This document shows, piece after piece, positions 26,664 to 38,528 of a stretch of 64,000 nt of DNA (positions are counted from its first letter, which is position 1; every line of letters starts with the position of its first letter). Source of the stretch: Takakia lepidozioides (lineage: Eukaryota > Plantae > Bryophyta). Both the position numbers and the translations under genes were made by a program. The notes beneath the pieces were generated by a model that saw nothing but the letters and a program-made list of their open reading frames with translations, had not been told where the DNA came from and did not search any database. The stretch covers positions 9,858,001 through 9,922,000 of the forward strand of contig CM060734.1 in assembly GCA_030704615.1 (NCBI GenBank). Direction: 5' to 3'.

Positions 26664-29600
26664 TCAACGCTTCTTCCGCTTTTGAGGTCGCCCTTCGAAC
26701 GCTGCAACTGCCTCGGATGCGTTTCCCATTTCTGAGGCACGCACCCAAGATGCCTCCACAAGATGATAGCCCTTCCATTTGACGAGATACTCCGTTTCTC
26801 GGTTCTTGAACCTCCTCGACTTAAGTATTGCCTCCACCTCGTACTCGGGTTCATTTTCATGATCCAACAGCATAGGTGGCGGACGCAACACTTGCTGCCG
26901 ATTCGGACGTGCTTCATCTTTGAAGTAAGGCTTCAAAAGGGAGACATGGAATACTGGGTGCACCTTGCTGTTTGCTGGCAGCTCCAATTCATACACATCC
27001 TCATTCATAACCCTCCGAATGCGAAAGGGACCCGCATACGGAGGTACGAACTTCGGACTCATTTCCGGAGGTAGTCGAAAATTCTTGATGTTCAACCAGA
27101 CCTCTGTGCCTGCCTCAAACTTCACTTCCCTCCGCTTCCGATTCGCCTGCCTTTCATACCGTTTCCTAGCTTTGGCAATGTTGTACTTTGCGAGCTTCAA
27201 CAAACGCTCGCGTTCTTCCAGTACCGCCGCTACTGCCGGTTCCTCAACGTCCTGGGCGGCCCAACTTGTCGGCACCAGAGGTGCTTTTCCATAGACCAAC
27301 ACAAAAGGGGAAACTCCCGTCGCGGAGTGTTCTGTGTTATTATAACAGAACTCTGCCGCGTCTAAGTGTTCCATCCAGTCTGATTGGTCTGCCGACACGT
27401 AATTCCGCAAGAATTGCTTCACTACGGAATTCACTCTTTCCGTTTGGCCGTCCGTCGTAGGTCGGAAGGCGGTGCTCATCTTCAGCCTCGTCCCCATCTT
27501 CTTCCAAAGTGCTCTCCAGAATTTACTCGTAAACTTTGGGTCGCGGTCCGAGACAATATCCTTCGGGACTCCATGATGCTTTAAGACGTGGGCGAAGTAA
27601 AGTCGCCCTGTCTCCTGCGCAGTTGCCGTCTCCTTGGTGGGGATGAAATGGGCCATTTTACTGAACCTATCTACCACCACCATGATTGCATCGAATCCTT
27701 TTGACAGCGGCATAGCAGTCATGAAATCCATCGAGACGCTTTCCCAAGTCCCCTCTGGAATCGGCAAGGGTTGTAACAGCCCCGCTTGCTTTTTATACTC
27801 GCTCCGGTTTTGTTGGCATGTGGTGCATGTCTTTACATACTCCTCTGCCTCCTCCCTCAGTTTGGGCCAGAAATACTCTTTCTTCAAGAGTGCCGCAGTG
27901 CGCTTGGCTCCACCGTGGCCCGCAAGCGGGCTATCATGGCATTCTCTCAAGAGACTATCCCTGATCCCTCCCTTTGGCACATAGAGACGTTTTTGCTTAT
28001 ACCGGAGCAGTCCGTTTTGCAAGTGGAACTGCGATTTAACCCCCATTCTCAAGTTCTGCATCACGCACTTTGCCAGCTCATCCTTCCGGCAAGCCTTCCG
28101 GATCTTCCTTTGGAGCGCCGTCTCGCCCTTGTACACCAACAAGAGCTGCTGCTTTCTACTTAAAGCATCGGCCACCACATTGTCCCGTCCCGGTTTGTAC
28201 TGGATATCCACGTCGAACACTGCCAAAGTATCTTGCCACCTAAGTTGTTTTGGGGACAACTTGGGCTGCGTGGCAAAATACTTCACCGTGACATTGTCCG
28301 TGAACACCTTCACTGGGTTGGAACCAACATAGTGGCGCCAGAGTTCAAGGCAATGTACCACCGCCTTCATCTCTTTTTCGTGCGTCGGCCACCGTCGCTC
28401 CACTTCATTCAGTTTCTTACTTTCGTAAGCCACTGGACGTCCATCTTGCATAAGTACACCCCCAATTGCGAAGTCCGATGCATCTGTATGAATCTCAAAC
28501 GGACGATCGAACTCCGGGATTTTTAAGACTGGAGCTTCCGTCATCCGCTGCTTCAATTCAGCAAAAGCTTGGCCACAAAATGTGTTCCATACCCAGACTT
28601 TGGATTTACACAGAAGGTCCGACAGCGGCCCCGCGATCTTGGCGAAATTTCTCACATACTTCCGGTAATAGGAGGCGAGTCCTAGGAAGGATCGCACTCC
28701 CGGGACCGAAGTCGGAGGCTCCCAGTCCAAGATCGCCCTCACCTTTCTGTCATCCATTTTGATCCCATCCTGTGTAATCACGTGCCCCAAGAACTCCACT
28801 TTTGTGACCCCGAATTCGCACTTTGAAGCTTTGGCATACAGCTTCCCTTCTCGCAATTTTTGGAACACCCTTTTGAGGTGCTCCAGGTGCTCCTCCTTTG
28901 TTTTCGAGTACACCAAGATGTCGTCGATGTACACGATCACAAAGTCATCCAACCACTCCTGAAAAAGGCTGTTCATCAGCGTGCTAAATGTCGCTGGTGC
29001 ATTGGTGAGCCCAAAAGGCATCACCAAGAACTCATATGAACCATACCTTGTCCTGCACGCGGTCTTCTCCTCATCTCCTTCCGCCACCCGAATTTGGTGA
29101 TAGCCGGAGCGCAAGTCGATCCGGCTGAAATACTTCGCTCCTGCCAACCGATCGAAGAGGTCGTCGATCCTTGGCAAAGGGTACCGGTTTTTGATAGTCA
29201 CCTTATTCAGAGCCCTGTAATCGACACACATCCGCAGCGTCCCATCCTTCTTGTCTGCAAATAGCACCGGGGCTCCGTAAGGTGACTTACTCGGCCGGAT
29301 GTACCCCTTTGACATTAGATCTTTGAGCTGAGTCTTCAGCTCGACCAACTCTTTGTGGCTCAACCGGTAGGGCGCCTTGGCAGGCGGTTCCGATCCCGGT
29401 ATCACCTCAATTTTGTGGTCAACTCCTCTTCGCGGTGGCAAGCCGCTTGGTAAATCCTCCGGCATCACATCCTGGTATTTCTCCAAAATCCCCTTGATCC
29501 AATCTGGGCTCGGCTCCCCATCGCCTTCTCCTTTCACTTCTCTAATGTAAAGCAAAAACTGGGACTCGTGTGTCTCCTCCACGGCCCACTCCTTTGCTGA

Positions 29601-31226
29601 TAGAAGGTTTATTCGCCCTCCCACGGATTTGGGCGTTTCCGACACTCGTAAAACCTCGCCACCATTCCCACATGGCAGCGTGACTACTCTCTTGCGGCCA
29701 TCTATGACCGCTCCGGATTTGCTCAAAAAGGTCATTCCCAAAATGAGATCCACTCCATCGATCTCGCAGATAGTGAAGTTCTCACGTCCCTCCCAACTCC
29801 CCAGTTGAAGAGGAACATCAAACGCCAACCTTGTCGCCAACTGAGGTTCTCCTTTGGCAGAGCGCACCTCAATAGAGGCCCCCACGTCACTTGTCGGGAG
29901 TCCCAACTTTCGCGCCGCCGCCGGCGTCATGAAGGAGTGCGACGCTCCTGTGTCCACCAACAACGACACATTAGTTCCGGATATTATCCCATCCACGAAC
30001 AATAACTGACTCCCTTTTCGTAAGGCGCCAGTTTCCTGATACAACTCACAAGAAAATTTGCCTACCTTGCAAGTCCTGGCGACCACCGCTTCCACCAAGC
30101 GACTGATGGTATCTTCCGACAGCTCCGTGGTCGCCCGAGTCATGTTCAATTGCCGGGGCTTCGTGCACTTCTTGGCCATGTGCCCGGGCTCCCCGCAATT
30201 GAAACACACTCCATCAAAGGTCGCCTTCTGTCCGCCATAAGTCGCTCCACCCGCTTTTCCTTTCGAAGCACCGGGTGCCGCCTTGACGTGTGAAGGACCT
30301 CCCTTCGATTTCCACGTGCCATTTTCGCCGCGTGGCCTATCCCACTTCTTTTCCGGTCGGGAGGAGTCACCTTCCCGCCGGGTCTTCTTGTGGTTCAGCT
30401 CCGTACGGCCTTGTCTCTCACCCCTAGGGACATCCGAGAAACATTCAGCTCTCTCAATTGCCTCGTTCAAAGTCTTGGGTGGCTTCTCCTCCAACTTCCG
30501 CCTAGCCCATGGGGCCAGTCCCGCCACAAAGTTGAAGACCATTTCTGGTTCTGCCATGTCCGCGACTTCGAGCAACAGCACATTGAAAGCCTGGACATAC
30601 CCCCGAATGTCATCTGTTTGCTTCAAATTCCTCATCTTGTCCCGGGCAAGCCAGGACGCGTTGAGGGGCACAAACTGTCTCTTCATCAATTCCTTGAACT
30701 CACTCCAGTTCAAGGTTTCCGGGCTTGGGCCTCGGTCGTGAAGGCGTTTCTGCCACCATTGTTGAGCATAGCCCCTCAAATAGGTGGGAGCCACTTCCAC
30801 CCGATCCTCGTCACTCAACTTGGCCGCCCGGAAGTACTGCTCTAGCTCCAGGAGCCAGGTGTTGAGTGCCTTCCGGTTTCGAACGCCCTCGAAGGTGCCG
30901 GGTTCCTTAGGCTTCACCTTAAACTTTGCCTTGGTGGAAGTGGCATTAGCCGCCTTCAACACGTCTTTCAACGTCCCGCCAAACTGCGCCAACAACCCTT
31001 CCCAAAAGGCTGCCGGCATGGGAGGCATCTCTTGGTTTGTCGGAGCTCTCAAAGATTCCTCGGGCTCCGACTCCTCGGATTCCTCCCGCTCCTGAGCGGC
31101 CTCGTTTTCGGAAACATTAATCGCTTCCTCAAACGGCCGCCTCGGTGACACGTCGCCCCCATCGGGCTCACCGGGATCATCATCTTTTGGGCCGTTCCGC
31201 TTTCGCTTCGGCTTGCCCGACCCCAT
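26664..31226 (-). CDS. Gag-Pol polyprotein (gag, CCHC knuckle, aspartic protease, RT, RNase H, integrase, chromodomain)
   Basis: [14 protein letters not shown]; [10 protein letters not shown]; YIDDILVY; [12 protein letters not shown]; HHCC plus DDE integrase ([15 protein letters not shown]); YAGPF; C-terminal [20 protein letters not shown] chromodomain. First ATG downstream of the PBS is at 31226. Confidence 0.97.
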   Translation of the reverse strand: MGSGKPKRKRNGPKDDDPGEPDGGDVSPRRPFEEAINVSENEAAQEREESEESEPEESLRAPTNQEMPPMPAAFWEGLLAQFGGTLKDVLKAANATSTKAKFKVKPKEPGTFEGVRNRKALNTWLLELEQYFRAAKLSDEDRVEVAPTYLRGYAQQWWQKRLHDRGPSPETLNWSEFKELMKRQFVPLNASWLARDKMRNLKQTDDIRGYVQAFNVLLLEVADMAEPEMVFNFVAGLAPWARRKLEEKPPKTLNEAIERAECFSDVPRGERQGRTELNHKKTRREGDSSRPEKKWDRPRGENGTWKSKGGPSHVKAAPGASKGKAGGATYGGQKATFDGVCFNCGEPGHMAKKCTKPRQLNMTRATTELSEDTISRLVEAVVARTCKVGKFSCELYQETGALRKGSQLLFVDGIISGTNVSLLVDTGASHSFMTPAAARKLGLPTSDVGASIEVRSAKGEPQLATRLAFDVPLQLGSWEGRENFTICEIDGVDLILGMTFLSKSGAVIDGRKRVVTLPCGNGGEVLRVSETPKSVGGRINLLSAKEWAVEETHESQFLLYIREVKGEGDGEPSPDWIKGILEKYQDVMPEDLPSGLPPRRGVDHKIEVIPGSEPPAKAPYRLSHKELVELKTQLKDLMSKGYIRPSKSPYGAPVLFADKKDGTLRMCVDYRALNKVTIKNRYPLPRIDDLFDRLAGAKYFSRIDLRSGYHQIRVAEGDEEKTACRTRYGSYEFLVMPFGLTNAPATFSTLMNSLFQEWLDDFVIVYIDDILVYSKTKEEHLEHLKRVFQKLREGKLYAKASKCEFGVTKVEFLGHVITQDGIKMDDRKVRAILDWEPPTSVPGVRSFLGLASYYRKYVRNFAKIAGPLSDLLCKSKVWVWNTFCGQAFAELKQRMTEAPVLKIPEFDRPFEIHTDASDFAIGGVLMQDGRPVAYESKKLNEVERRWPTHEKEMKAVVHCLELWRHYVGSNPVKVFTDNVTVKYFATQPKLSPKQLRWQDTLAVFDVDIQYKPGRDNVVADALSRKQQLLLVYKGETALQRKIRKACRKDELAKCVMQNLRMGVKSQFHLQNGLLRYKQKRLYVPKGGIRDSLLRECHDSPLAGHGGAKRTAALLKKEYFWPKLREEAEEYVKTCTTCQQNRSEYKKQAGLLQPLPIPEGTWESVSMDFMTAMPLSKGFDAIMVVVDRFSKMAHFIPTKETATAQETGRLYFAHVLKHHGVPKDIVSDRDPKFTSKFWRALWKKMGTRLKMSTAFRPTTDGQTERVNSVVKQFLRNYVSADQSDWMEHLDAAEFCYNNTEHSATGVSPFVLVYGKAPLVPTSWAAQDVEEPAVAAVLEERERLLKLAKYNIAKARKRYERQANRKRREVKFEAGTEVWLNIKNFRLPPEMSPKFVPPYAGPFRIRRVMNEDVYELELPANSKVHPVFHVSLLKPYFKDEARPNRQQVLRPPPMLLDHENEPEYEVEAILKSRRFKNRETEYLVKWKGYHLVEASWVRASEMGNASEAVAAFEGRPQKRKKR

Positions 31227-31267
31227 GATGAGGCCAATCCCAAGGACGATCGCGTACTGAACTCTAA

Positions 31268-31279
31268 GCTCTGATACCA
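31268..31279 (-). promoter_or_regulatory. Primer-binding site (tRNA-iMet)
   Basis: TGGTATCAGAGC on the minus strand, 2 nt from the LTR edge. Confidence 0.92.
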
Positions 31280-31281
31280 AG

Positions 31282-32006
31282 TGTCGCACACCTCAGTTCG
31301 GTAAACTCCCCTTCAAGTCATAGTTACTCGCTTTGATGCGCGCGCCTGACTCCCAACCTGGCCGCCGGGCCAACTTGGAGTTTCGGCTGCTCACCGGGAC
31401 ATAACGGTCCCCTTCCGCTTCCCTCTAAACCCTCCACCTATTTGGGACTAGGAGAATTCCCTTTGGTAGATGGCAGTCCGGAACAGCTCCCCACTCTTTG
31501 GTCGCTTTCCGGCTCGCTCGCTTACTCACTAGTTTTTGGTCACCAACGGGCTTGCACCGTTCTCGGGGTTACTACTCCCTATATATACTTCTGTAGCTGT
31601 CCGCGGGGGTTTCATAACCAGCCATGCCATTTTATGGCGAACCACCACGAAAACCCTCGACTCCCGGTGGTGAGTCGCGGTGAGTCTTGGCCCACTCACC
31701 GCGGCCCCAATGGACCGTGATGAGTCCCAAGACTCCCCACGACTCCCACCTCGAGGTCTCCACCCCATGGTGAGTCCTATGCCACCCCCACTAAGTCCCA
31801 CTAAGCTACCACCACCCCTTGTGGAGCCACCTCCACCGCAACCCGGTGTGCGGGGCTCCACCTAGTGAGCGCCTCCGCCTCCTTGAGTGCCTTGGGCACT
31901 CAAGGGTGCTTCAGCCCCCCCATACCTATCGCTGCCGCTGCCCCCACCACAGGGGCAGCCCCTCATGTGTCCCGACCCCCTGCCCTCAAGGCAAAGGGCC
32001 GCGACA
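31282..32006 (-). repeat. 5' LTR of chromovirus copy 1
   Basis: TGTCGC...GCGACA; adjacent to the PBS. Confidence 0.97.
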
Positions 32007-32459
32007 TTGACCCCATGCACATCGAGAAGAATGTGTGCTCAACACTTCTCCGTTTATATGAGAACGTGACACTGGTCGCGAAGCGCCCCGGAGCGAGACG
32101 AAATGGAGATTCCCAGCTTGCTTAAGACGAGAGCTCGAAGCACAATCTCGCATGCCGCATCTTTGGGCCAAGGCAGATGACAACCAGGGTGTTTTAAGGT
32201 GGAAGTATAGGCCATCACCTTGGATATGGACAAAGGAAGAAAAAAAACAGGTGCTCCGTACAATATGTGCCATCCGGACGCCAACCGGGTATGGGTCATC
32301 CCTCCGTCTCAAATTCAACGAGGACAAAATCCATGGTTTGAAGTCTCATGACTTCCACAATATCTTGCAAGACATTCTTCCCGTCGCAATACGTGGGACA
32401 TTGACGCCCGGTATTCATGAAGCAATCTATAGATTGGGGGACTTGTTCCGATGGATTTG

Positions 32460-33142
32460 CACAGGTGATGTGTGGCGCACCACACCATTTGGTGTAAATT
32501 GTAGGGTTCTTGCATGTAATGTGCATCATCCAGATGTGCACTATCTTGGGCGGCAGCATCTTGCGGAAGTACGAGTTGGTGATGTTGCTTTGGCCGATCA
32601 AACTATGTAGCTCGCTTAGGATATCTGCCTGCGTGTGGATCAAACTCAAGTTTTTGACGACAATGGTCAGGGCATCCCGCACTGCAATGGCCTCCTTGTC
32701 CAGTATCTTGGCACCTGACCTGGTCTTCTTTTGGATGCTCACTTGAGGCTTGATGAATACGTGATCGATCTTGACTCCAAGGTCCATGATACGGGTACGT
32801 GTATCCTCTGTGGCAAGATTGAGAAAGCCATACGTGGTCTCTGGCTTGGGCTTGTAGACGTGTAAGATCTCGAAATTGTCACCGTGGTCAAAAATCTCCG
32901 TAATAAAATGCAGGGCGAGTTGGGTACCCACCGTGCCTTGTAAAAGGTCGTCAGTAAAGTAGAGGGAGAGCCGATCGGAGGATGCAAGGAGGTCATATGC
33001 TTTTTCAACTTTCCCTTGGAGCATGACACCGGGCTCCATCTCGAGTACGAAAGGCCTGTCTCCGCGGAGCAGAGCCTGGGAGCTCTGGAAAAGGGGAAAG
33101 AGGTCCATGGTGACATCGTCAAAGCTGGAATTGTACCAGATG
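32460..33142 (-). mobile_element. Possible LINE ORF1 (RRM-like) fragment truncating the CACTA transposase
   Basis: Open frame with RNP1-like TYGFLNL and RNP2-like LTIVVKNL; abrupt junctions at both ends. Confidence 0.35.
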
Positions 33143-34110
33143 TCATTCTGAACACAACCGGCACAATTGATAGAACAAGGCACTCCTAATTAAGGCACCT
33201 TCTTCAACACATTTCAGCTTGTTTTTCCCTCTTATCAAAATCGGCCCTAAATTTTCATGTTGAATTCTGCAAGTTAGTTGGTTGAGTGAACCTTTGATAG
33301 TTTGGAGACATGATATTGCCAATGTGACAACAGGAAAGTATCCAGAAACAGGTAACAGAGACGATTTGGGGCCGATTCTGATAAGAGGGAAAACAGGGTG
33401 AAATGTGCTGAAGAAGATGTCTTCATTAGCAGTGCTTGATTTTATCAATTGTGCCGCTGCTGCCAGTTGACCATCTACCCATGGAGGTTTCTTGTAGCTA
33501 TTGATCCACAAAGAATCATAGGTCATCTTGAGCTTGAAATCTGGCCCTCTTGGATGAATCTGGACCCACACTCTATCCCTGCTCCTTCAGCTATCTGTGC
33601 CTCTGCACAAATCATGCATACATCCTTGCATTGCTGCTAGCAGCTGACGATGACAGCCTAGATTTGTTCTAGGAAACACCCAACTCAACTTATCACACTA
33701 GTTTCTATGCTCAATTGCATCTGCTACTCTCTATAATCCAACAGGCATTCACCTTCTTGCCTCGATTGTCCCACCATTGACTGGGGTCAGAAAAATATTC
33801 ATTCCACAACTTCTCCTCGTCTCTGTTACCTGTTTATGGATATTTTCCTGTTGTCACAAGTTACGTATCATGTCAAAGTCACTCCAAACTATCAAAGATG
33901 TACTCAACCAGCTAACTTGCAGAATTCAACATGAATAGTTAGGGCCGATTCTGATAAGAGGGAAAAACAGGGTGAAATGTGTTGAAGAAGGTGCCTTTAG
34001 TCGCAGTGTTTGATTTTATCAATTGTGCCATGTTGAATTCTGCAAGTTAGCTGGTTGAGTGAATCTAGTTTGGAGTGACTGTGGGTCCAAATTCATCCAA
34101 GAGGTGCAAG
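33143..34110. pseudogene. Rearranged (inverted) copies of the PDF-motif exon unit
   Basis: Minus strand carries FSDPSQWWDNRGKK with a GT donor (~33750-33830) and IHPRGPDFKLKMTYDSLWINSYKKPPWVDGQL (~33460-33560). Plus-strand pieces at 33143-33360 and 34030-34105 match the 16150-17180 units. Confidence 0.75.
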
Positions 34111-37100
34111 GACTCAATCTGTCACTGAAGTTATCGACATATGAGGATCAGAAATGCTGGGCAGCTTACCTGCACGACCCTTAGGCAATCCCCTGAGCAT
34201 GAGTTGCTTTTGGGCTGCTTTTTTACTTTGGTCTTGTCTCTATTGTTTTTTTCCATTTTGTCCCATAAGCTCTTTGAGCTTTCCGCAGACGTTATAAAGT
34301 ACCATTTTGTGCCATTTCATTTCTCACTGGTTTATATAGTATTAGTTCCTGACTACAACACTTGTTGGTAATTAACCATACTCAATAGTTAAATTTATAT
34401 TCAGTATTTAAATTTAAATTTAAATTTATACACAGTTAAAATGTTTCCCTATAAAGTGAAAGAAATAACTCAAATCCTAACAATATGGTAGTAAAATTAA
34501 CTATTTGATATATCTGTTTCACTCCATGGTGAAAGTGATTACCCAATCATCCACTATATAGTAATTGTTTCAACTACATGTCCACGTGTATTGATGCGAA
34601 TATACACTGTATAGTAAAGTGTTCTCACCCGGGTTGGTATTTATAAGCATTATATCATACTACATAGTTAAACAGATAAAGATAAATCTGCTACGTAGTA
34701 TTATTTGCAACTAAACGCTGGCACGGAGAGTACTAACACTAGCTCAGTAGTGTGATTAATACCCTAAATCCCTAACCATATAGTATCTAAGTTAACTACT
34801 GGGTAGGAGAGTTGCACTACACAGTGAAATATATAACCCGCATGTACACTATATAGCAATGTGTTGAACTATTAGGTCATCCACGTGTACTGGAATTTTG
34901 GCTCGAACCATGTCCGCCTCATAGTTGAATGGATAGTGAAAATTCTCACCCTATTGGTATAGTGAAACATTCCACTGCCCGAAAAAAAATCAGGTCTTGC
35001 CCACAAAAAAACAGAGGGGTCCACCACAGTGAAATGGGTTTCACTGCATGCCTGAAACGACTTGGTATTTAGCACTGGACGGTATGTAGTAAAACAAGCC
35101 TACTATGAAAATAGTGAAACACATAGTGCTAAAAACCACATCCTATTGTAGTGAATTCAGGTACACAGAGGACCCTGCTTTGCACCAGACAGCTGCCTTC
35201 TTCGAGACCACAGCTCCCTCCCGGCTCCATTATCCCAACGAATATGATGTTGCTGCCTCCTGCACACTGTTACCAGTATCTACAGTCAGACAGGCACCTG
35301 GGATATATCTTTGCACCCGACCCCCCCCTCAAGCTACCGAAGCTTCACTCTCTGAGACAGTGTTCAGCACCCACTCCCCTTACAAACAGATACTGTGCTG
35401 GCCCACCTTCACCCAAGCTCAGCCAGATCCGTTTTGCCCTCTCTCCAAGACAGTTATCAACGAGCTGCCTTCTCCCACCTGGCCTCATATTCTCCGACCA
35501 TTACCCTCTCTATACTCTGAAGACGAACTGCAATTCACACACTACCATTGGTGCCCTTATAATGTACTACCGTCAACCCCTCAGCTCTTCCTCCGCCCAT
35601 AGGGCTCTGGCAGCTATTAGCAGGAAACAGTGACTTCCTTCCTACACAGTTTAATTGTACTGTTACTCGGGTTGTAAGAAGATCGTGTGCCTTCCCCAAC
35701 CCCTTACTTGATACATGGCTTCCATACTCTAAATGGTCTCCCTCTCTAAACTCTGACTTTACTGCTTTCATTGACGATTCAATTCCTCACTCCAACATGC
35801 TTTGCCCACTATCACAAATCTATGTCCCCTGTGGATATGACTATACTCTACTAGACAAACACAGTTCACCCCCAACCCTGCGATACCTCAAATTCTGGAC
35901 TATTATAAATATCACCACTGGCAGGTTATACTCATACCCATTTTTCCCACTAGCCTGATTTCTCATGCACCCAACACACTGCCCTGCACCACTCCACACT
36001 CTTACCACCCCTCTGCTTCCATCCCCCACTATCCTGCTGCACACCTATCAACACATAGTTCCCCACTGCCCAAGCCCAAGCATAAGGAAACAACTTGCTC
36101 TCCCTGGACTGACTACACCACAACCCCCCCCCCCTGCCAGAGCTGCTCCACCATTGCTCAATTCATCACCATTCTGTGACACCCACACCACCCAAATTAC
36201 CACTTTAAAATTTACAATTCCCTACACATATGGGCACCCATGCAATGCTCATACCCATACTGCACTTGCCCCTCACAGTCTGCCTTTCTTTTGTCACCTG
36301 TCTTAATGAAACCTGCCAACAATTTAACATTCCACACATCACCCCTATCCCACCTACTCCAATTCTCATATCAGCCCACCCCCACATTACACAGCCTATT
36401 CCCAAGCCCATTAGGTCTACTGATACCTACCATACATGACCCAGCCAGTAACATTTCCCAATCTGGTCTCCCCCCACACTTGTTATCAATGGACTACTGT
36501 TCCATTATGGTTCTTCATAACCAGCCCCCTCAACATATCACTGCCACTACCGTGCAGCCACTGTGACAACCCTATCTCACACTATCCAAAAACTTGGTTG
36601 CCATACATTCTACCCGTCCCACAGTAATTATGCAGCCCAACTTAACTCAGTGGATACCACCGCTACCCATGCATTGAACGTTCTCGAATGCCCCAAGCCG
36701 CCAGTGATTTACTCCACGCCCACAATCGCGCCAGATTGTCCCCATGCTACAAACTATACATCTGCCGCAGCCCGTCGTAAGTCTCGCATACACAGCTGCT
36801 CCTCCGGGACTCCCAAACCAATCCACCAGTTCTCTCTGCATCCCCTTGTCACCCTCTTCCCCTTGCTCGGGTCAGTCTTCTCTCCCACTTCAATCCCTCA
36901 CGTAGTTGCCCCCCCTTGTGTTGTCTCTACACTGTTTGCATCCATGGCCTCCCTTCCAATTCTCTCCACGTCCCCCAAGGCTAGACCCAAAAGCAAAGCT
37001 TCCAAGAAGAAGCTGTTTGATGAAAGTTCAGTTACACCTACCTCCATGGCTCCGGAGCTCTCCACAGCTAAGCACTCTATGGTCACTCCACCCATGACGC

Positions 37101-37755
37101 TCCTGCTGCACCACCCCCACCACCCAATACCAACTCGGCTAATCAGCAACAACCCAATGACCAACACATGCCCGATGCTGTGGACAAGGAGCCGGGGGCC
37201 ACCTCCAACATCAAGCTCACGGCGATCTCTCCTTCATCAAATCAGCGCCCCAAGCGGTCCTCATGCGAGGTCAACTGCACAGATACCACAGCTCCTTCGG
37301 ACTCCAAAAAATCCAGGAACCAACACAATGAGGCTCCCGAGCAGCAGCATATGGAAGTCAACAGCCACAAAACGCCCCCACATCTGTGGTACGGGTATCA
37401 GAACATGAAAATGTACGCATACGAGAACAACTCTCCTTGGGTCACCGAAACGCGCACTATATGCCCCCCCCTCCGAGTGCGAGGAACTCACCACTGTAAG
37501 AAAGCTTTTCCGAGGGTTCCCCAGAGACTCTACCCTCTACACAATCTGATGGTCTCGAAGGTCAGTTCCTCCACCTAATGCAATTACCCAAAGGTACGAT
37601 CATCAACACTGACACAGGCCTTCCTGCTAATCCGTATCACATAATGATTCGATTTGATACAACAGTTGAATTGCATAAGGATCTGATCCATACCAGAGCA
37701 ACCCAGCGATTCAGGGATATGAACATCCCCCTAGGTAACGTACTTTTTGCTTGGT

Positions 37756-38527
37756 AAGAAAGGAATCATAAGCAGTTTGTTTCTAAGGTAGACCTGAGAG
37801 CTCATATTGTGAGCTAGACCCTTGTCAGACAGCATAATTGAGTATATGTGTACGCCTTCTACATGATCCGGTCAATGTACATTACTCTGTTTAGCTTATC
37901 TCTTGTAGCCGATGCCTCGTGTCACTCTTAGATACCTTCCGGCTCTTAAGCTTTTATGTTTCTCTTGTATGTGGCCTCGCTCCTTGCAGCACCACTAAAA
38001 ATTGCCCAGATTGTAGTATGTGGCTGGAATAGACCGGTGAATCAATATTAATATGGTGATCTCATTGGCTTCTCCCATTCTGTATTTTTCCGGCAACGTT
38101 GATATGGCTTGGAAAGAATGTTATGTACTGATTCATACCCTTGGAAAATTAATTCTGAAACCAGTAAGCTAACTCACATCAGTATAAGGTTCCTCGCGAA
38201 CAAGGATCCTTCGCTGGTTAAATGTGACTGATAGGGTGAAATGATGTGCAACAATTTGCTGCCTTTGGCTGGAGAACACTTATAATTCCTATGCTCATGT
38301 GAAGGCGATGTTGACAAACTGAAAGCCATGCCTGTCCAACTTTGTGAAGGTTATGTTGACAACATAAAAGGTAACCTGGAAACAACAGCTTGTTCAACGG
38401 CTAAGAGGTAACATGGAAAAGTCATGACTCTACCTGTCCAGCTGTATTCTTGTTATGTCATTGATCACTTGACCATGAGGTATCAGCCCACCTTACCTCC
38501 ATGTCAGTAATATGGAGCACTAAATCC
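37756..38527 (+). repeat. Dispersed duplication, copy 1 (~770 bp)
   Basis: High identity to 42110-42887. Confidence 0.9.
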
Positions 38528-38528
38528 A

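Larger units (their letters stand above)
25036..32006 (-). mobile_element. Complete Ty3/gypsy chromovirus LTR retrotransposon (Galadriel-like)
   Basis: TG..CA LTRs at 25036-25757 and 31282-32006. 5-bp TSD TTGAC at 25031-25035 and 32007-32011. PBS TGGTATCAGAGC, a PPT-like tract next to the left LTR, and a single intact gag-pol ORF. Confidence 0.98.
21577..32460 (+). mobile_element. CACTA/En-Spm DNA transposon (one terminus and partial transposase), interrupted by a chromovirus
   Basis: Starts CACTACTACAAA, followed by TGCGAC/GTCGCA/CCGTC subterminal repeats to ~22130. Tnp2 motifs: PRHVRLGFSADGVNPF..STWPV..YNIPP, DMDVYMRPLMDELKEL, LLWTMHDY, GYRACP.C, RKFLPLDHPWRR, SIFYELPYW, RHLLD/PMHIEKN, IRTPTGYGS, GLKSHDFH..Q.ILPVA. 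Confidence 0.9.

Noticed and set aside
26763-31095. Multiple plus-strand ORFs within the chromovirus
   Set aside because: Antisense shadows of the GC-rich gag-pol frame.
35105-37578. Pro/Thr/His-rich ORFs
   Set aside because: C-rich, strand-biased sequence with no recognisable domain. Possibly a LINE 5' region, but unsupported.
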